DNA of 64,000 nucleotides, taken from Candidatus Cloacimonadales bacterium (GTDB lineage: Bacteria > Cloacimonadota > Cloacimonadia > Cloacimonadales > JAFGVF01). The position numbers and the translations under genes are program-made. Positions 1 through 8,818 of the stretch are shown here, piece by piece (position 1 is the stretch's first letter; every line of letters begins with the position of its first letter). Under the pieces are notes generated by a model, which worked only from the letters and a program-made list of their open reading frames with translations, had not been told where the DNA came from and did not search any database. The DNA lies in the NCBI GenBank assembly GCA_963662585.1, contig OY759729.1, forward strand, positions 416,001 to 480,000, in the 5' to 3' direction.

Positions 1-655
1 GTTTCTTATATGGTGCCAGTTTACTCTTATCGCGTTCTATCAGCGTATCATCATTTTCTATTAACCCATATTCCTTAGCATATTTGGTAACAGTGAATCG
101 GTGCATTCTTCCACGCCTGGCTATCTCAGAAATACTAAACCCGGCTTCCAATTTCTTCTTGATATACTCTACCTTATGCTCATACTTAGGAGTACTGGTC
201 TTTCTTCCCTTAGGTCGTCCTAATATTACACCTTCAGCTACTTTCCGAGCTAAAGCCTCTTTAGTTCTCTGGGATATGAGATTCCTCTCAATTTCAGCAG
301 CTAAACCAAAAGCGAAAGCCAGGACCTTAGAACTGATATCATCTCCTAAACGATAATTGTCTCTAATTGTCCAAACCTTAACTCCTTTCTGCATACAGAG
401 ATTGAGTACCTCCATTACCATGAATAATGTCCTGCCTAATCGCGATAATTCAGTGCATAATATTATATCACCTTCCTGCATCTTGTTCATTAATTTACCC
501 AACTTGCGTTTCTTAACATCTTTGGTCCCCGATATAGTCTCCTCAAACCAACGCTCGGTTATCATATCGTTCTTCTCACAAAATTTGTTGATCTCAAACC
601 TCTGATTCTCTACTGTTTGTTTGTCTGAACTTACTCGGATGTAACCAAATACCAT
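1..655 (-). CDS. Serine recombinase of the Mpi (multiple promoter invertase) type; 3' end runs off the window
   Basis: Not in the ORF track. Manual translation from ATG at 655: MVFGYIRVSSDKQTVENQRFEINKFC...EETISGTK...CTELSRLGR...WTIRDNYRLGDDISSKVLAFAFGLAAEIERNLISQRTKEALARK..EGVILGRPKG, then an HTH. Catalytic YxRVS and SRLGR motifs are intact and the frame is open to the window edge. Confidence 0.9.
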   Translation of the reverse strand, partial: MVFGYIRVSSDKQTVENQRFEINKFCEKNDMITERWFEETISGTKDVKKRKLGKLMNKMQEGDIILCTELSRLGRTLFMVMEVLNLCMQKGVKVWTIRDNYRLGDDISSKVLAFAFGLAAEIERNLISQRTKEALARKVAEGVILGRPKGRKTSTPKYEHKVEYIKKKLEAGFSISEIARRGRMHRFTVTKYAKEYGLIENDDTLIERDKSKLAPYKK

Positions 656-656
656 C

Positions 657-935
657 TTACTCTCCTCTGCTTATTGTTTCATTTATGATTTGCTCTGGGA
701 TGATAACTCCTCCCAATCTCTTTTCCATCTCACGCTGGCCATCTATCCAAGGACCCAACAAATCTACTATTACATCTTCTACTTGCTTGTTTCTTCTACT
801 TCCTGAGATTATTCTGTTTAAGCTATTTACTTTAATTTCAAGTCCTGTTCGCTCATTTACGTAATCTAAAAGACTATCACTACTAATACTATTAGCGGTC
901 ATTGCTGCCCTAATTTCTCGTGCTTCAAAGTGCAT
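657..935 (-). CDS. Small Cro/Ner-like HTH protein
   Basis: 92 aa with an AAGGAG RBS. Divergent from the CI-like gene; HTH-like segment (VNSLNRIISGSR); stop codon abuts the invertase start. Confidence 0.6.
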   Translation of the reverse strand: MHFEAREIRAAMTANSISSDSLLDYVNERTGLEIKVNSLNRIISGSRRNKQVEDVIVDLLGPWIDGQREMEKRLGGVIIPEQIINETISRGE

Positions 936-1009
936 ATCTTTTCTCCTTAAATTATTTTCTTCTTGACTTTTTTTTTCTTCTATGTTTCTCTGTCATCAGA
1001 TGTGCCAAT

Positions 1010-1058
1010 AATGCGTATATACGAAATTGTGTCAAGACTTAAATACGTTTTTACGAAA
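1010..1058. promoter_or_regulatory. Two putative repressor operators flanking a leftward sigma70-type -35 box
   Basis: AATGCGTATATACGAAA (1010-1026) and AATACGTTTTTACGAAA (1042-1058) are 14/17 identical with a CGT-N4-ACG dyad. TTGACA lies on the minus strand at 1035-1030 between them. Confidence 0.6.
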
Positions 1059-1075
1059 ATAAAGGAAATTAAAAC

Positions 1076-1807
1076 ATGAAATCAAGGCTGAATGAGCTAA
1101 TTAACACACTGTCTATCAAGAAAAAAGAGTTTGCAAAAGAAATAGATGTTTCTTCTGGAAATTTATCTGATTGGTTGAGTGATAAGAGAAAATCTAAGCC
1201 ATCTGCGGATGTTTTGTTTCGTATTTCCGAAAAATTTAATGTAGATATGAATTGGTTAATAACTGGAGAAGGAGAAATGTTTCTCTCCAGAGACCAGGAC
1301 CACAAACCTAATTTAGAGATCAACTCGGATAAACTTCATCATTATATAGAACTTGGCAAAGCTCAGGCAAGGCAAGAGATCACTTACAGTGATGAAGACC
1401 CTCCTGCTTATCTTTCCCTTCCTATAGTAGGAGAAATAGCAGCAGGTACTCCCATGCAAGTCTCAGAGCATGATCAAATTGGTACAATCTTAGTTTCAGC
1501 TCAAGTTATTCACCATATAAACAATTACTATTGCTTTAGAGTTAATGGATGCTCAATGCGTCCAGAGGTCCATCACCTGGATGTAGTAATTATTAATAAG
1601 ATATATAACTGGGAAGACTTAGATGATAAGATTGTTGCTGTCAGAATAGACGAAGGTATCACTCTCAAAGTCCTTAAATTAGATGATGAAAATAAGTGTA
1701 CTTGGCTTATGCCGGTAAACAATGGATATAAACCTATTCTTTTAAATAAAAATAGTACTATCGTAGTTTTAGGAGTGCTAGAGTATTTGATCAGAAGTTA
1801 TAGGTAA
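1076..1807 (+). CDS. Phage CI/LexA-like repressor (XRE HTH + S24 peptidase)
   Basis: N-terminal HTH ending NWLITGEGEM; Ala-Gly cleavage site (GEIAAG); catalytic Ser (GCSM) and Lys (ITLK). Confidence 0.9.
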   Translation: MKSRLNELINTLSIKKKEFAKEIDVSSGNLSDWLSDKRKSKPSADVLFRISEKFNVDMNWLITGEGEMFLSRDQDHKPNLEINSDKLHHYIELGKAQARQEITYSDEDPPAYLSLPIVGEIAAGTPMQVSEHDQIGTILVSAQVIHHINNYYCFRVNGCSMRPEVHHLDVVIINKIYNWEDLDDKIVAVRIDEGITLKVLKLDDENKCTWLMPVNNGYKPILLNKNSTIVVLGVLEYLIRSYR

Positions 1808-1889
1808 TAGAATTATGCTTACACAAATTAGACAATTTACACCAGAAACGCTTTTTCATTTTAGCAAAATCACTATCATTTTTGTAAAA

Positions 1890-2092
1890 CGCTTTTTCAA
1901 TGTGGCTAAATTGCTGTCACTTTTAGAAAGTGGTAAAAGTATCAATATGTGTTGTTATGAATAGGGTTCAAGTCGCTTTTTCAATGTGGCTAAATTGCTG
2001 TCACTTTTAGAAAGTGGTAAAAGTATCAATATGTGTTGTTATGAATAGGGTTCAAGTCGCTTTTTCAATGTGGCTAAATTGCTGTCACTTTT
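1890..2092. repeat. 84-bp tandem repeat (2 full copies plus a 35-bp third copy)
   Basis: CGCTTTTTCAATGTGGCTAAATTGCTGTCACTTTT starts at 1890, 1974 and 2058; the 49 bp between copies are identical. Confidence 0.95.
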
Positions 2093-2402
2093 TTTCAGTA
2101 AAAACGCTTTTTCAAAACGCTTTTTCATTTTCGGGATTTTCCACCTCACCTATTTTTAAGTTCAGGCTTTTACAAGAAGCTAACAAATTTCATAACTTAC
2201 TGATAGGTAATGTTTTCAAAACTAACGCAAACTTAACAAGCTTTTACAAGCAAAACACAAGGAATTACAAATGTGGCTAAATCGTTTTTTCACTAGTGTC
2301 CACCTTACGAACCCCTCTATTACGCTGTTTTCTCAACTTCTTAACTTTTCTTACTAGTGGCTATCAAGGGTGTCACTTTATATCTATATCTCCCTCACCA
2401 CT

Positions 2403-2729
2403 ATAAAGTGTTAGGTATATCTGCAAAAATTATTTCAGAATTTGATTCATCAGACCTAATAAATCTTCTATTTTAGGATTCTATGTTCACTATTATTTCA
2501 GTATTTGAAAATAATAATAACCATAAGGAATCTTGGAGGATTCATTTCAATGTTAAAAGATTTAGTCTCTTCAAATTCCCTAATAAGCTTTTTATTATCT
2601 GAATCATCAATGTACATACTATTTTAAAGTTAAATAGGGGTATTGTAGATTTCCTTCTTCTGAATCTTGGCAAGCATTAATTAGTATAATTAGCATATTT
2701 GCAACTATAAAATATAATATTCTTTTCAT
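2403..2729 (-). pseudogene. Degraded lipoprotein gene remnant
   Basis: GGGAG RBS, ATG 2729, MKRILYFIVANMLIILINACQDSEE (lipobox-like INAC), stop after 36 aa. Protein-like reading continues in shifted frames with further stops. Confidence 0.45.
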
Positions 2730-2964
2730 TTCTCCCTTCCTAGTTTTACTTTTGACTAAATTAGCTTATCCCCTTAAGTAATCATGCTGTAACTAGTTAA
2801 TAAATGTGCTAGAGACATTATCATACAACATCTCTAGAACTAACTATATATATCACCAACTCATATATATGTTAAGATTATATTACTATTTCATAAGTAA
2901 TAGTTTTAGTGTCTAGTCCTAAATAAATTGACTGATTTTTTGCAATTGTTATTTTCCCTATTAA

Positions 2965-3062
2965 ACCCTTACAGGGTAATTTTTGTAGCTACTCCTTACC
3001 CAGGGTCAATTTTTCTTCTAAAAATGAGACCCTGGGCTAATCTATTTAATCCCTTCGGGATT
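2965..3062. repeat. REP-like triple-hairpin element
   Basis: ACCCT-tac-AGGGT (2965-2977), CCCAGGGTC...GACCCTGGG (2999-3036), AATCCC-ttc-GGGATT (3048-3062). Confidence 0.55.
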
Positions 3063-3185
3063 ATCATTGTTCCACAATGAGGCCGACAAAATGTCCACTA
3101 TCCGACAGAAGAGGTCTTATCACATTTTAAAAACTTTTCTTAAAAAACTATGTGAAACTCCTCTTAACCTCTGTGTAACTCTGTG

Positions 3186-3995
3186 TTAAGGGTCTTTTCT
3201 TATCCGTGTTCTTCTGTGTTATCCCTGGCTAAATATCTTCTTCTTAGGGTCTTTTCTTATCCGTGTTCTTCTGTGTTATCCGTGGCTAAATATCTTCTTC
3301 TTAGGGCCTTTTCTTATCCGTGTTCTTCTGTGTTATCCCTGGCTAAATATCTTCTTCTTAGGGCCTTTTCTTATCCGTGTTCTTCTGTGTTATCCCTGGC
3401 TAAATATCTTCTTCTTAGGGCCTTTTCTTATCCGTGTTCTTCTGTGTTATCCCTGGCTAAATATCTTCTTCTTAGGGCCTTTTCTTATCCCTGTTCTTCT
3501 GTGTTATCCCTGGCTAAATATCTTCTTCTTAGGGTCTTTTCTTATCCGTGTTCTTCTGTGTTATCCCTGGCTAAATATCTTCTTCTTAGGGCCTTTTCTT
3601 ATCCCTGTTCTTCTGTGTTATCCCTGGCTAAATATCTTCTTCTTAGGGTCTTTTCTTATCCGTGTTCTTCTGTGTTATCCCTGGCTAAATATCTTCTTCT
3701 TAGGGTCTTTTCTTATCCGTGTTCTTCTGTGTTATCCCTGGCTAAATATCTTCTTCTTAGGGTCTTTTCTTATCCGTGTTCTTCTGTGTTATCCCTGGCT
3801 AAATATCTTCTTCTTAGGGTCTTTTCTTATCCGTGTTCTTCTGTGTTATCCCTGGCTAAATATCTTCTTCTTAGGGTCTTTTCTTATCCGTGTTCTTCTG
3901 TGTTATCCCTGGCTAAATATCTTCTTCTTAGGGTCTTTTCTTATCCGTGTTCTTCTGTGTTATCCCTGGCTAAATATCTTCTTCTTAGGGCCTTT
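3186..3995. repeat. 57-bp tandem array, 14 near-identical copies plus a partial copy
   Basis: Unit TTAGGGYCTTTTCTTATCCSTGTTCTTCTGTGTTATCCSTGGCTAAATATCTTCTTC. Only three variable positions after the first copy; no unique spacers. Confidence 0.97.
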
Positions 3996-4209
3996 GTGTC
4001 TTTAGTGGTGAAAATCTTAACTCCTAAAACTCCTCACTCTAACCCTACCTCTTCCCAAATCATACTCCCAAGAGATTCGATTATAATTAAAAAAAATAAT
4101 TGGAAACTTTTCTAGTTGATAAACTACAAAAAAAAAGAATTGACTCATTTCTAAAGTAAGTAAATAGTTGTATATAGTTGGTAATTACACTTTCTAATAA
4201 AGGAGATTT

Positions 4210-5460
4210 ATGAAATATTATTTGTGTTTATTTCTAATATTTACTTCTTTTTTGTGTTTTTCGGTTGAGAATAAAGAGACAATTAAAAAAAAGATTGAGA
4301 AAGAAGTTATAGAAGCTGTCCAAAAAAAGAAAGAAAAGGCAACAAAGAAAAAAAAGACTAAGAAAAGCAAAAACAAGAGTAGTCAAAAAAGTTCAACAAA
4401 GAGCACTAAGAAAAGTAAAGAGACTAAATCAGAGGTCTTATTAGAAGTAATAGCAGACAGTTCGGATGCCAGTTTATCTTCAACGGATGGGGTTCAAGAT
4501 AGCACAACTAATCTTTTCTCTAATAATTTTTTTACCAGAAATAAATCCACTTATCTAATAAGAAATATGGTAATTTTTCAATCTCAATATAATTTTCAAT
4601 ATTGGAAACCAACTTTTATCGAAGGCTCAAAAGTCAATACAACAATTTTAAATTACGCAGTATTTGAATTATCCTTCTTAAAAAAACTCTATCGAATTAG
4701 ATACGAAAAGAGTTTTGGTGGAAGCTCAGATGAAGCTCAAAATGAACTTTTAAAAAAGAGAAAGAAAGATAATTGGGAGAAAATTCTTGCTGATATCAAC
4801 ATACCCACTCCAATAACAATTTATATTTCTTATATTTGTGAGAGGTTTTCAGGCACAGTAACGGCTCTAGAAGACAAAACTTATATTCCTGACCACTATG
4901 ATTCTGAAGCAGACGATATTAGTGAGTTTGAATTTCTAGTAGGAGAAGAAATTGAGTTTAACACTAACTTTCAAGATTTCCTGCTAGGGGTCAGTACTGT
5001 TGGAGATCAAGGTATGGGAGCAATGGGTATTTTTTACACTAGATACCAGAAGCCATATTCCTTAACCTTAGACGATGATCAAAATAGAAATTATATTTTT
5101 AATTCGTGCTTTGGAGGAGGAGGTTTCTTTGGTAAATTAAATATTGAGACCGAAAATGCAATTTTCTCTCTAAATGGCAAATATGGCATTGGTAGTATTC
5201 ATCTACCTGGAATTGACCTTCATATTGAAGACCTGATAGAAGATGGCTACATTACCTATGGAGATATTGAGGGAAGTACACTCTTGAGAAAGTCATCTCA
5301 GAATGGTATTTTCTCTGTTTACGCTGGATTAGGAGCTCGCTATAGAAGATTCGTGATATCCATACCCAAAGATGAAGAAGCAGGTACTGACTCTGATAGT
5401 ATTTTTCTGAACAGCGATACAATTTTTAATGTACAATGTGGGTTCTCTATTAACCTGTAA
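4210..5460 (+). CDS. Exported hypothetical protein, possibly an outer-membrane beta-barrel, with a Lys/Ser-rich N-terminal tract
   Basis: AAGGAG RBS, signal peptide, amphipathic beta-strand pattern, C-terminus FNVQCGFSINL. Confidence 0.6.
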   Translation: MKYYLCLFLIFTSFLCFSVENKETIKKKIEKEVIEAVQKKKEKATKKKKTKKSKNKSSQKSSTKSTKKSKETKSEVLLEVIADSSDASLSSTDGVQDSTTNLFSNNFFTRNKSTYLIRNMVIFQSQYNFQYWKPTFIEGSKVNTTILNYAVFELSFLKKLYRIRYEKSFGGSSDEAQNELLKKRKKDNWEKILADINIPTPITIYISYICERFSGTVTALEDKTYIPDHYDSEADDISEFEFLVGEEIEFNTNFQDFLLGVSTVGDQGMGAMGIFYTRYQKPYSLTLDDDQNRNYIFNSCFGGGGFFGKLNIETENAIFSLNGKYGIGSIHLPGIDLHIEDLIEDGYITYGDIEGSTLLRKSSQNGIFSVYAGLGARYRRFVISIPKDEEAGTDSDSIFLNSDTIFNVQCGFSINL

Positions 5461-5562
5461 ATTACTTTATAAATTAACCTTATTGACATTTTTAGTGTGT
5501 TTAACAAGTTTGAAATTGATTAAAAGAACTGAAATTAAAATTGAAAAGGGAAATAATAATAA

Positions 5563-6576
5563 ATGGGAAATGAGCACCTTAAATCTAGCAACAGAACAGA
5601 TAAAGAGATAAAACTAATTAGACTATCAACCATTGGAAATTTTTCCTTTGGTTTAATAGGGATTATTTTCGCTATTCTTACCCACTCCAGATCAATACTT
5701 TTTGATGGACTCTACTCCTTTGTTCTAAGTTTCTTTACTTTAATATCTGCCCGGGTTGTAACCTTAATTACCAAAGGTCAGACTGCTAATTATCAGTTTG
5801 GTTATGGTGCCTACGAGCCATTATTAATTATTATCAGGTCTATATTTCTTTTTGGAATGTATTTAGTCTTGGGTTATGAAGCAATCACCTCCCTTCTAAA
5901 TGGAGGATATATTATTAGTACTTATTTTGCTTTGATCTATTCTGTGATAAGTACAAGTGCCTGTTTCGTAATTTGGGTAATTTTAAGGAAAACTGCTCGT
6001 CGAAATACTTCCCCAGTTTTAAAAGCTGAAGCCTATGGTTGGTTTTTAGATACTATTCTCAGTGCTGCTGTCTTTATGGCTTTTATGATTATTTATGCTT
6101 TAAACTATATGGGGGCTGTTACCTATGTTCCTTTCATTGACCCTATAATTACCTTATCTTTAGTACTTCTCATGCTACCAGCTTTATACAATATGTTTGT
6201 GGTTAACTTTAGAGATATGGTCGCTGCAGCTCCTTCTTTGGAAATACAAGAAGAACTTAGAACAATAATGGATGGTTTTCAAGAGAAATATAGCTTTGTA
6301 AATATTGAAAATTACTCAGAAAAAAGAGGAAGAAGTCTCTATTTAATCTCTCATGTCTATCTTGAAAAAGAAGTTCCTATTAAAACCTTAGATAAAATCA
6401 GAAAAGAGATGGTTAGAACTATTAAAGGCTGGTGGTTCTACTCTGATATTGATATTTTATTCACCCTAAACCCAGCCTGGATTGAGATGTCTAATATTAA
6501 TTCAGAAATTGATAGCAGAGATAAGAGAAGTGCAGATGGGGACCCCAGTAAAGCTGTAGAAAAGAGTACCTTATAA
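5563..6576 (+). CDS. Cation diffusion facilitator family transporter
   Basis: Six TM helices; SILFDGLYS and YQFGYGAYE motifs; C-terminal cytoplasmic domain. Confidence 0.85.
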   Translation: MGNEHLKSSNRTDKEIKLIRLSTIGNFSFGLIGIIFAILTHSRSILFDGLYSFVLSFFTLISARVVTLITKGQTANYQFGYGAYEPLLIIIRSIFLFGMYLVLGYEAITSLLNGGYIISTYFALIYSVISTSACFVIWVILRKTARRNTSPVLKAEAYGWFLDTILSAAVFMAFMIIYALNYMGAVTYVPFIDPIITLSLVLLMLPALYNMFVVNFRDMVAAAPSLEIQEELRTIMDGFQEKYSFVNIENYSEKRGRSLYLISHVYLEKEVPIKTLDKIRKEMVRTIKGWWFYSDIDILFTLNPAWIEMSNINSEIDSRDKRSADGDPSKAVEKSTL

Positions 6577-6621
6577 ATCCCTTGGCTTAAATTTATTGAT
6601 TTAATGAATAAATGATTAAAG

Positions 6622-6650
6622 AAAAAAAATCCCCCTGAAAATCAGAGGGA
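6622..6650 (-). terminator. Intrinsic terminator between convergent genes
   Basis: TCCCCCTGA-aaa-TCAGAGGGA hairpin with an A-run on its left (U-tail on the minus strand). Confidence 0.6.
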
Positions 6651-6663
6651 GTAAGTTATTTAG

Positions 6664-8508
6664 TTATACTTTTATCGTTTCATAGATATCTTCAATATCT
6701 TTATTAACCAAGCCATTTCTAAAGATATGATAGAGATCATTGTTTTTAGATATGGTAGCACCAATAGTTCTAATAGCCTTGAGATGATATCCAGGTCTTT
6801 CTTCAGGAGATAATATCAAGAAAAGAAGATTTACCTTTTCTCCATCAGGAGAGCCCCAATCTAAAGCTTTATGCAACAATCCACAGGCAATCTTAGGAGT
6901 ATCTATTCCTGTAATTCTACAATGAGGTATAGCCACACCCTTACCAATTCCAGTACTAGAGAGCTTTTCACGCTCAGAAATAGAGAAAGTGATATCAGCT
7001 GTTTCATTGATTAAACCATGTTTTACCATTAATTGCGAGAGTTCAAAGATTGCTTCTTCTTTAGTTGAAGCCATCATTTCAAACACTCTATCTTCAATCA
7101 TTCCAGCTAAAGTAAAATCAGAATCAGGAGTAGTTGATTTAACAGCTTTATCTTCACCAACAGTCCAGTTTCTCCATTTAATCAAGGTTCTTTCCGAGAG
7201 ATAAGCACCACCTAATTCAAAAATGATTAGAGCAGGAATTATGGTATTAAATATCACAAATCCCCCACTTTTGGCCAAGAGAGTAGCAACTAAGATAGTC
7301 TCTACCGCTGCCATACCTGCTTGAGGAAGCATAAGTTTTGGTAAAGCGGCAATAATCTTTTTGTCTTGGTTAGTTACTTTAGCTCCCATCCAGTTTCCTA
7401 GCAACTTACCTGCAGTTCTTAGGACCACATAACCCAGAGCAAATTTGATAGAATTAGCATCAAAAGAATCAATTCTTACACTTGCTCCAATTATAGCAAA
7501 GAACATTAAATTGAAGATAGGCATAACATTTTCAATCTTCAGTGAATCAAAGATAGCATTATTATGGAAGTTAGAAATGAGAAAACCTGCCACAATCGCA
7601 GTAATCAAGAATGGTAAGTTGAAATGAATAGCTACAGAGATTCCTATTGCTATTATCCCAATCATAATAATTAAAATTTCTACTGAAGGAGTTGGATGTT
7701 CAGAAAGAACAGTCGATAAAAATGAGCTATCTTTTATTTTATGATAGGAATCATCTTTCTTACTTCTCTCCTTGATAGATAATTTAAAAATTAAGAATAT
7801 TACTAACCCGATTACTGATGCTAATACTAACTCTTTGGTCACATGATAAGTTAAATGTCCAACTGATAGATGTTCTCCATTCTGCTTAGCAACTGCTATT
7901 CCTAAGAAAATAGAGAAGAAAATTACTTCCATTATATCATCTAAGACTACTATATTAGCCAAGAGATTCTTCAATGAACCAGTAATTTTTAATTTTGACA
8001 TTAAGATAAAAGTTAAAGCTGGGGCTGTCGCAATACCAATTGAACCGATTAATAAAGAATTAATCCATGAGAATTGGAAGATAAAACGGAAGCCTATAGC
8101 TAATAACAAGAATGTTAACATACCTTGAATTAGACAAATAAATACAGCTTTTATTCCAACTTTCCTTAAACGGTCACGGTGAAGTTCTTCCCCTAATGAA
8201 AAAGCTATCAATCCTAAAAATAAAAAAACAAAAAAGTGATAACTTTCTAATACTTGTCCATATTCGGCAAACTCCGAATTGTAAAAATGATATATAGGTT
8301 TGAAAAAACTTATGCTATGTAAATGGTTATATTTTTCTAATACTCTGTGAATTAATTCTAAGAAGTGAGGACCGACAATTATCCCGCCAAAGATTTGTCC
8401 AATCACTTCACCAATCTTGAATTTCTTCGCAATTAATCCAAATACATAAGCAGATAAAATTAGTAATCCTAATTCTAAAATCTGCATTTTCATATGTTGT
8501 AAATCCAT
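6664..8508 (-). CDS. Cation:proton antiporter fused to a C-terminal PTS EIIA domain
   Basis: Na/H exchanger TM region (ATAPA, VVLDD, RTAGK, LPQAG); C-terminal EREKLSSTGIGKGVAIPH EIIA signature. Confidence 0.88.
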   Translation of the reverse strand: MDLQHMKMQILELGLLILSAYVFGLIAKKFKIGEVIGQIFGGIIVGPHFLELIHRVLEKYNHLHSISFFKPIYHFYNSEFAEYGQVLESYHFFVFLFLGLIAFSLGEELHRDRLRKVGIKAVFICLIQGMLTFLLLAIGFRFIFQFSWINSLLIGSIGIATAPALTFILMSKLKITGSLKNLLANIVVLDDIMEVIFFSIFLGIAVAKQNGEHLSVGHLTYHVTKELVLASVIGLVIFLIFKLSIKERSKKDDSYHKIKDSSFLSTVLSEHPTPSVEILIIMIGIIAIGISVAIHFNLPFLITAIVAGFLISNFHNNAIFDSLKIENVMPIFNLMFFAIIGASVRIDSFDANSIKFALGYVVLRTAGKLLGNWMGAKVTNQDKKIIAALPKLMLPQAGMAAVETILVATLLAKSGGFVIFNTIIPALIIFELGGAYLSERTLIKWRNWTVGEDKAVKSTTPDSDFTLAGMIEDRVFEMMASTKEEAIFELSQLMVKHGLINETADITFSISEREKLSSTGIGKGVAIPHCRITGIDTPKIACGLLHKALDWGSPDGEKVNLLFLILSPEERPGYHLKAIRTIGATISKNNDLYHIFRNGLVNKDIEDIYETIKV

Positions 8509-8818
8509 TGATTCCTCTTATTTCATTTATACAAAACCTAACAATGTCAGAAAAAAATAATTTGACTATTTATGCAAGTAAATTATTTAAGCATTAAGTT
8601 TTGTAACTTCACGCCAAAGTACGCAAAGTGGAGATATGAGACTCTCGTCAATGCCTTAAGATTGAATAGACTTATTCTCTTAGTTGAGGAAATTTGCTTC
8701 CAGCCAAAGTTTGCAATTAGGGAGTGAAGGGAATCTACCTATTAGAATTAAGTTGTATTTATAGTAATTTATAAAGGTCTTACTGCATTAATGAGTAAAT
8801 TAATGGAGGAACATAAAA

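Larger units (their letters stand above)
1..2410. mobile_element. Terminal part of a putative prophage/integrative element (right boundary approximate)
   Basis: Divergent CI/Cro-like switch, a recombinase, and a clustered direct-repeat block at 1846-2380, followed by a decayed host-like gene. Confidence 0.55.

Noticed and set aside
84..605. Plus-strand ORFs 84-356 and 357-605
   Set aside because: Antisense shadows of the serine recombinase.
1890..2092. Mini-CRISPR (35-bp repeat x3)
   Set aside because: The two intervening 49-bp segments are identical, so it is a tandem duplication; ORF 2014-2280 is a by-product.
936..2410. Mpi-type invertible promoter next to the invertase
   Set aside because: No long inverted-repeat pair seen; the motifs are in direct orientation and the Bacteroides ARACGTWCGT core was not found.
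3186..3995. CRISPR array, or a real 310-aa protein (ORF 3183-4115)
   Set aside because: No unique spacers and no cas genes. The ORF is open only because the 57-bp unit is a multiple of 3, and it has a GTG start with no RBS.
8605..8740. Glycine or c-di-GMP-I riboswitch
   Set aside because: Only loose resemblance (GCCAAAG..GCAA, ACGCAAAG); core motifs GGAGA/CCGAAG/CUCUCAGG and GCAAAC-GAAA are missing.
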